Shown here: positions 63,025 to 64,000 of the stretch, piece after piece
Layout of the letters: each line of letters begins with the position of its first letter
How positions within the stretch are numbered: the first letter of the stretch is position 1
Origin: Squalus acanthias
Lineage: Eukaryota
Length of the DNA: 64,000 nt
Reading direction: 5' to 3'
Assembly (NCBI GenBank): GCA_030390025.1
Contig: CM059431.1
Coordinates: forward strand, 153,452,001 to 153,516,000
Translations under genes and position numbers: made by a program
The notes under the pieces: generated by a model
Seen by the model: the letters and a program-made list of their open reading frames with translations, nothing else
What the model was told of the DNA's origin: nothing
The model's database searches: none

Positions 63025-63690
63025 TCTTTATATTTATTTGTTCTAAGGATATTGGTGGCGCTGTTATGACCGGTATTAATTGCCAATTCCTAGTTACCCA
63101 CGAGATAATGGTGGTCAATTATCTTGAGCCGCTGCAGTCCGTGTGGTGAAGGTGCTCCCACAATCCTCTTACGGAAGGAATTTCAGGCTTTTGAGCCAGT
63201 GACGGTGAAGTAACGGCGATGTATTTGAAGGGTTTGGTAGCATAGTGGTTTTATTGCTGGACTGGTAACCAGGTGCCCGAATGAAAAATCCTCTAGTTCA
63301 AATCTCACCAGCTGGGGAATTTAAATTAAATTAATTAAACAAATCTGGAATAAAAGGCTAGTGTCAGGAATGTTAACCATGAAACTACCGAATTGTAGTA
63401 AAAACACATCTGGTTTACGTCTCTCCTTTCGGCAAGAAAATCTGCCATCGTTAACCTTTCTGGACGAAATGTGACTCCAGACTCACAGCAATGTGTTTGT
63501 TTGTTAACTGCCCTCTGAAATGCCTTAGCAAGCCACTCAGTTGTATAATGCGTCTCAGAAGCAAATTCTCCAGGGCAATAAATGCTGGCCTTGCCAGCGA
63601 CTGCCCAGATCCGAAGAATTTATTTTTAAATTCCAAGTCCTGATGGTTTGTGTCTTGAAGGATTAAATTGGAGATGGTAGTGATTTGTGC
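63025..63690 (-). mobile_element. Degraded LINE 3' end, interrupted by a SINE
   Basis: 63025-63090 is a diverged reverse complement of the adjacent SINE tail (GGCAAT.AAT.C.GG.C...CAGCG.C.CC); the LINE-like sequence resumes at about 63631. Confidence 0.5.
63234..63630 (+). mobile_element. tRNA-derived SINE with LINE-shared tail
   Basis: A-box-like TAGCATAGTGG, B-box-like AGTTCAAATC and tail GGGCAATAAATGCTGGCCTTGCCAGCGAC. Confidence 0.65.
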
Positions 63691-64000
63691 TAAATTCCGA
63701 GCCGAATTCTAGCCGAATTCTAGCCCCTCATCTATGCCTCGTCCCCCTGATGCCAATTGTAGGAATCCAACTACAGCCCTGGGTGGTGAAAGTACTTACG
63801 CTAAAATACTAAACATAAACTAACTAACGTTTGGCATTTTCGGGATGAAAATTCTTTACTAGACACTTGGCAATGCGTTGGGGCTGAAGACAAGGTTGAG
63901 AAATTTAAAATCGAGCGATTGCCGAACCGGGAGAAAATGTAAATTAGCGAGCACAGGGGTGATGGGTGAACGGGACTTGGTGCGAGTTAGGACACGGACA

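Noticed and set aside
58472..63636. Many short ORFs of 60-120 aa
   Set aside because: They fall within decayed CR1, MITE and SINE sequence; no coherent host protein or GPCR exon 2 was recognisable.
63690..64000. Possible further MITE at the right edge (duplicated GCCGAATTCTA)
   Set aside because: Truncated by the window; no second terminus or TSD to support it.

Overview
Eukaryotic, repeat-dominated window, most likely from a cartilaginous fish (shark/ray), judged from the SINE/LINE families and a GPR139-like exon. About 4.45-49.85 kb is a degenerate 33-bp satellite (consensus TTTTAAAGAGGGAGTCTCACCATCAGGGACCCC) with kb-scale duplications and a duplicated inversion. Inserted in or bordering it are two Neptune-type Penelope-like elements with three hammerhead ribozyme motifs, a full-length CR1 LINE, CR1 fragments, a Harbinger-type MITE, and two diverged 1.45-1.7 kb solo LTRs of one family. 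The most interesting signal is a probable endogenous foamy (spuma)-like retrovirus. A decayed gag 5' end at 1-590 (minus strand) aligns by eye with foamy Gag and is preceded by a palindrome-rich leader. The solo LTRs have foamy-like size, termini and an R-region splice donor, and a 17-bp LTR-terminus footprint occurs twice in the array. Right of the array lie a second young CR1, the first coding exon of a GPR139-like GPCR and nested old LINE/SINE/MITE remnants. All homology calls are by eye and from recalled sequences; no searches were run.
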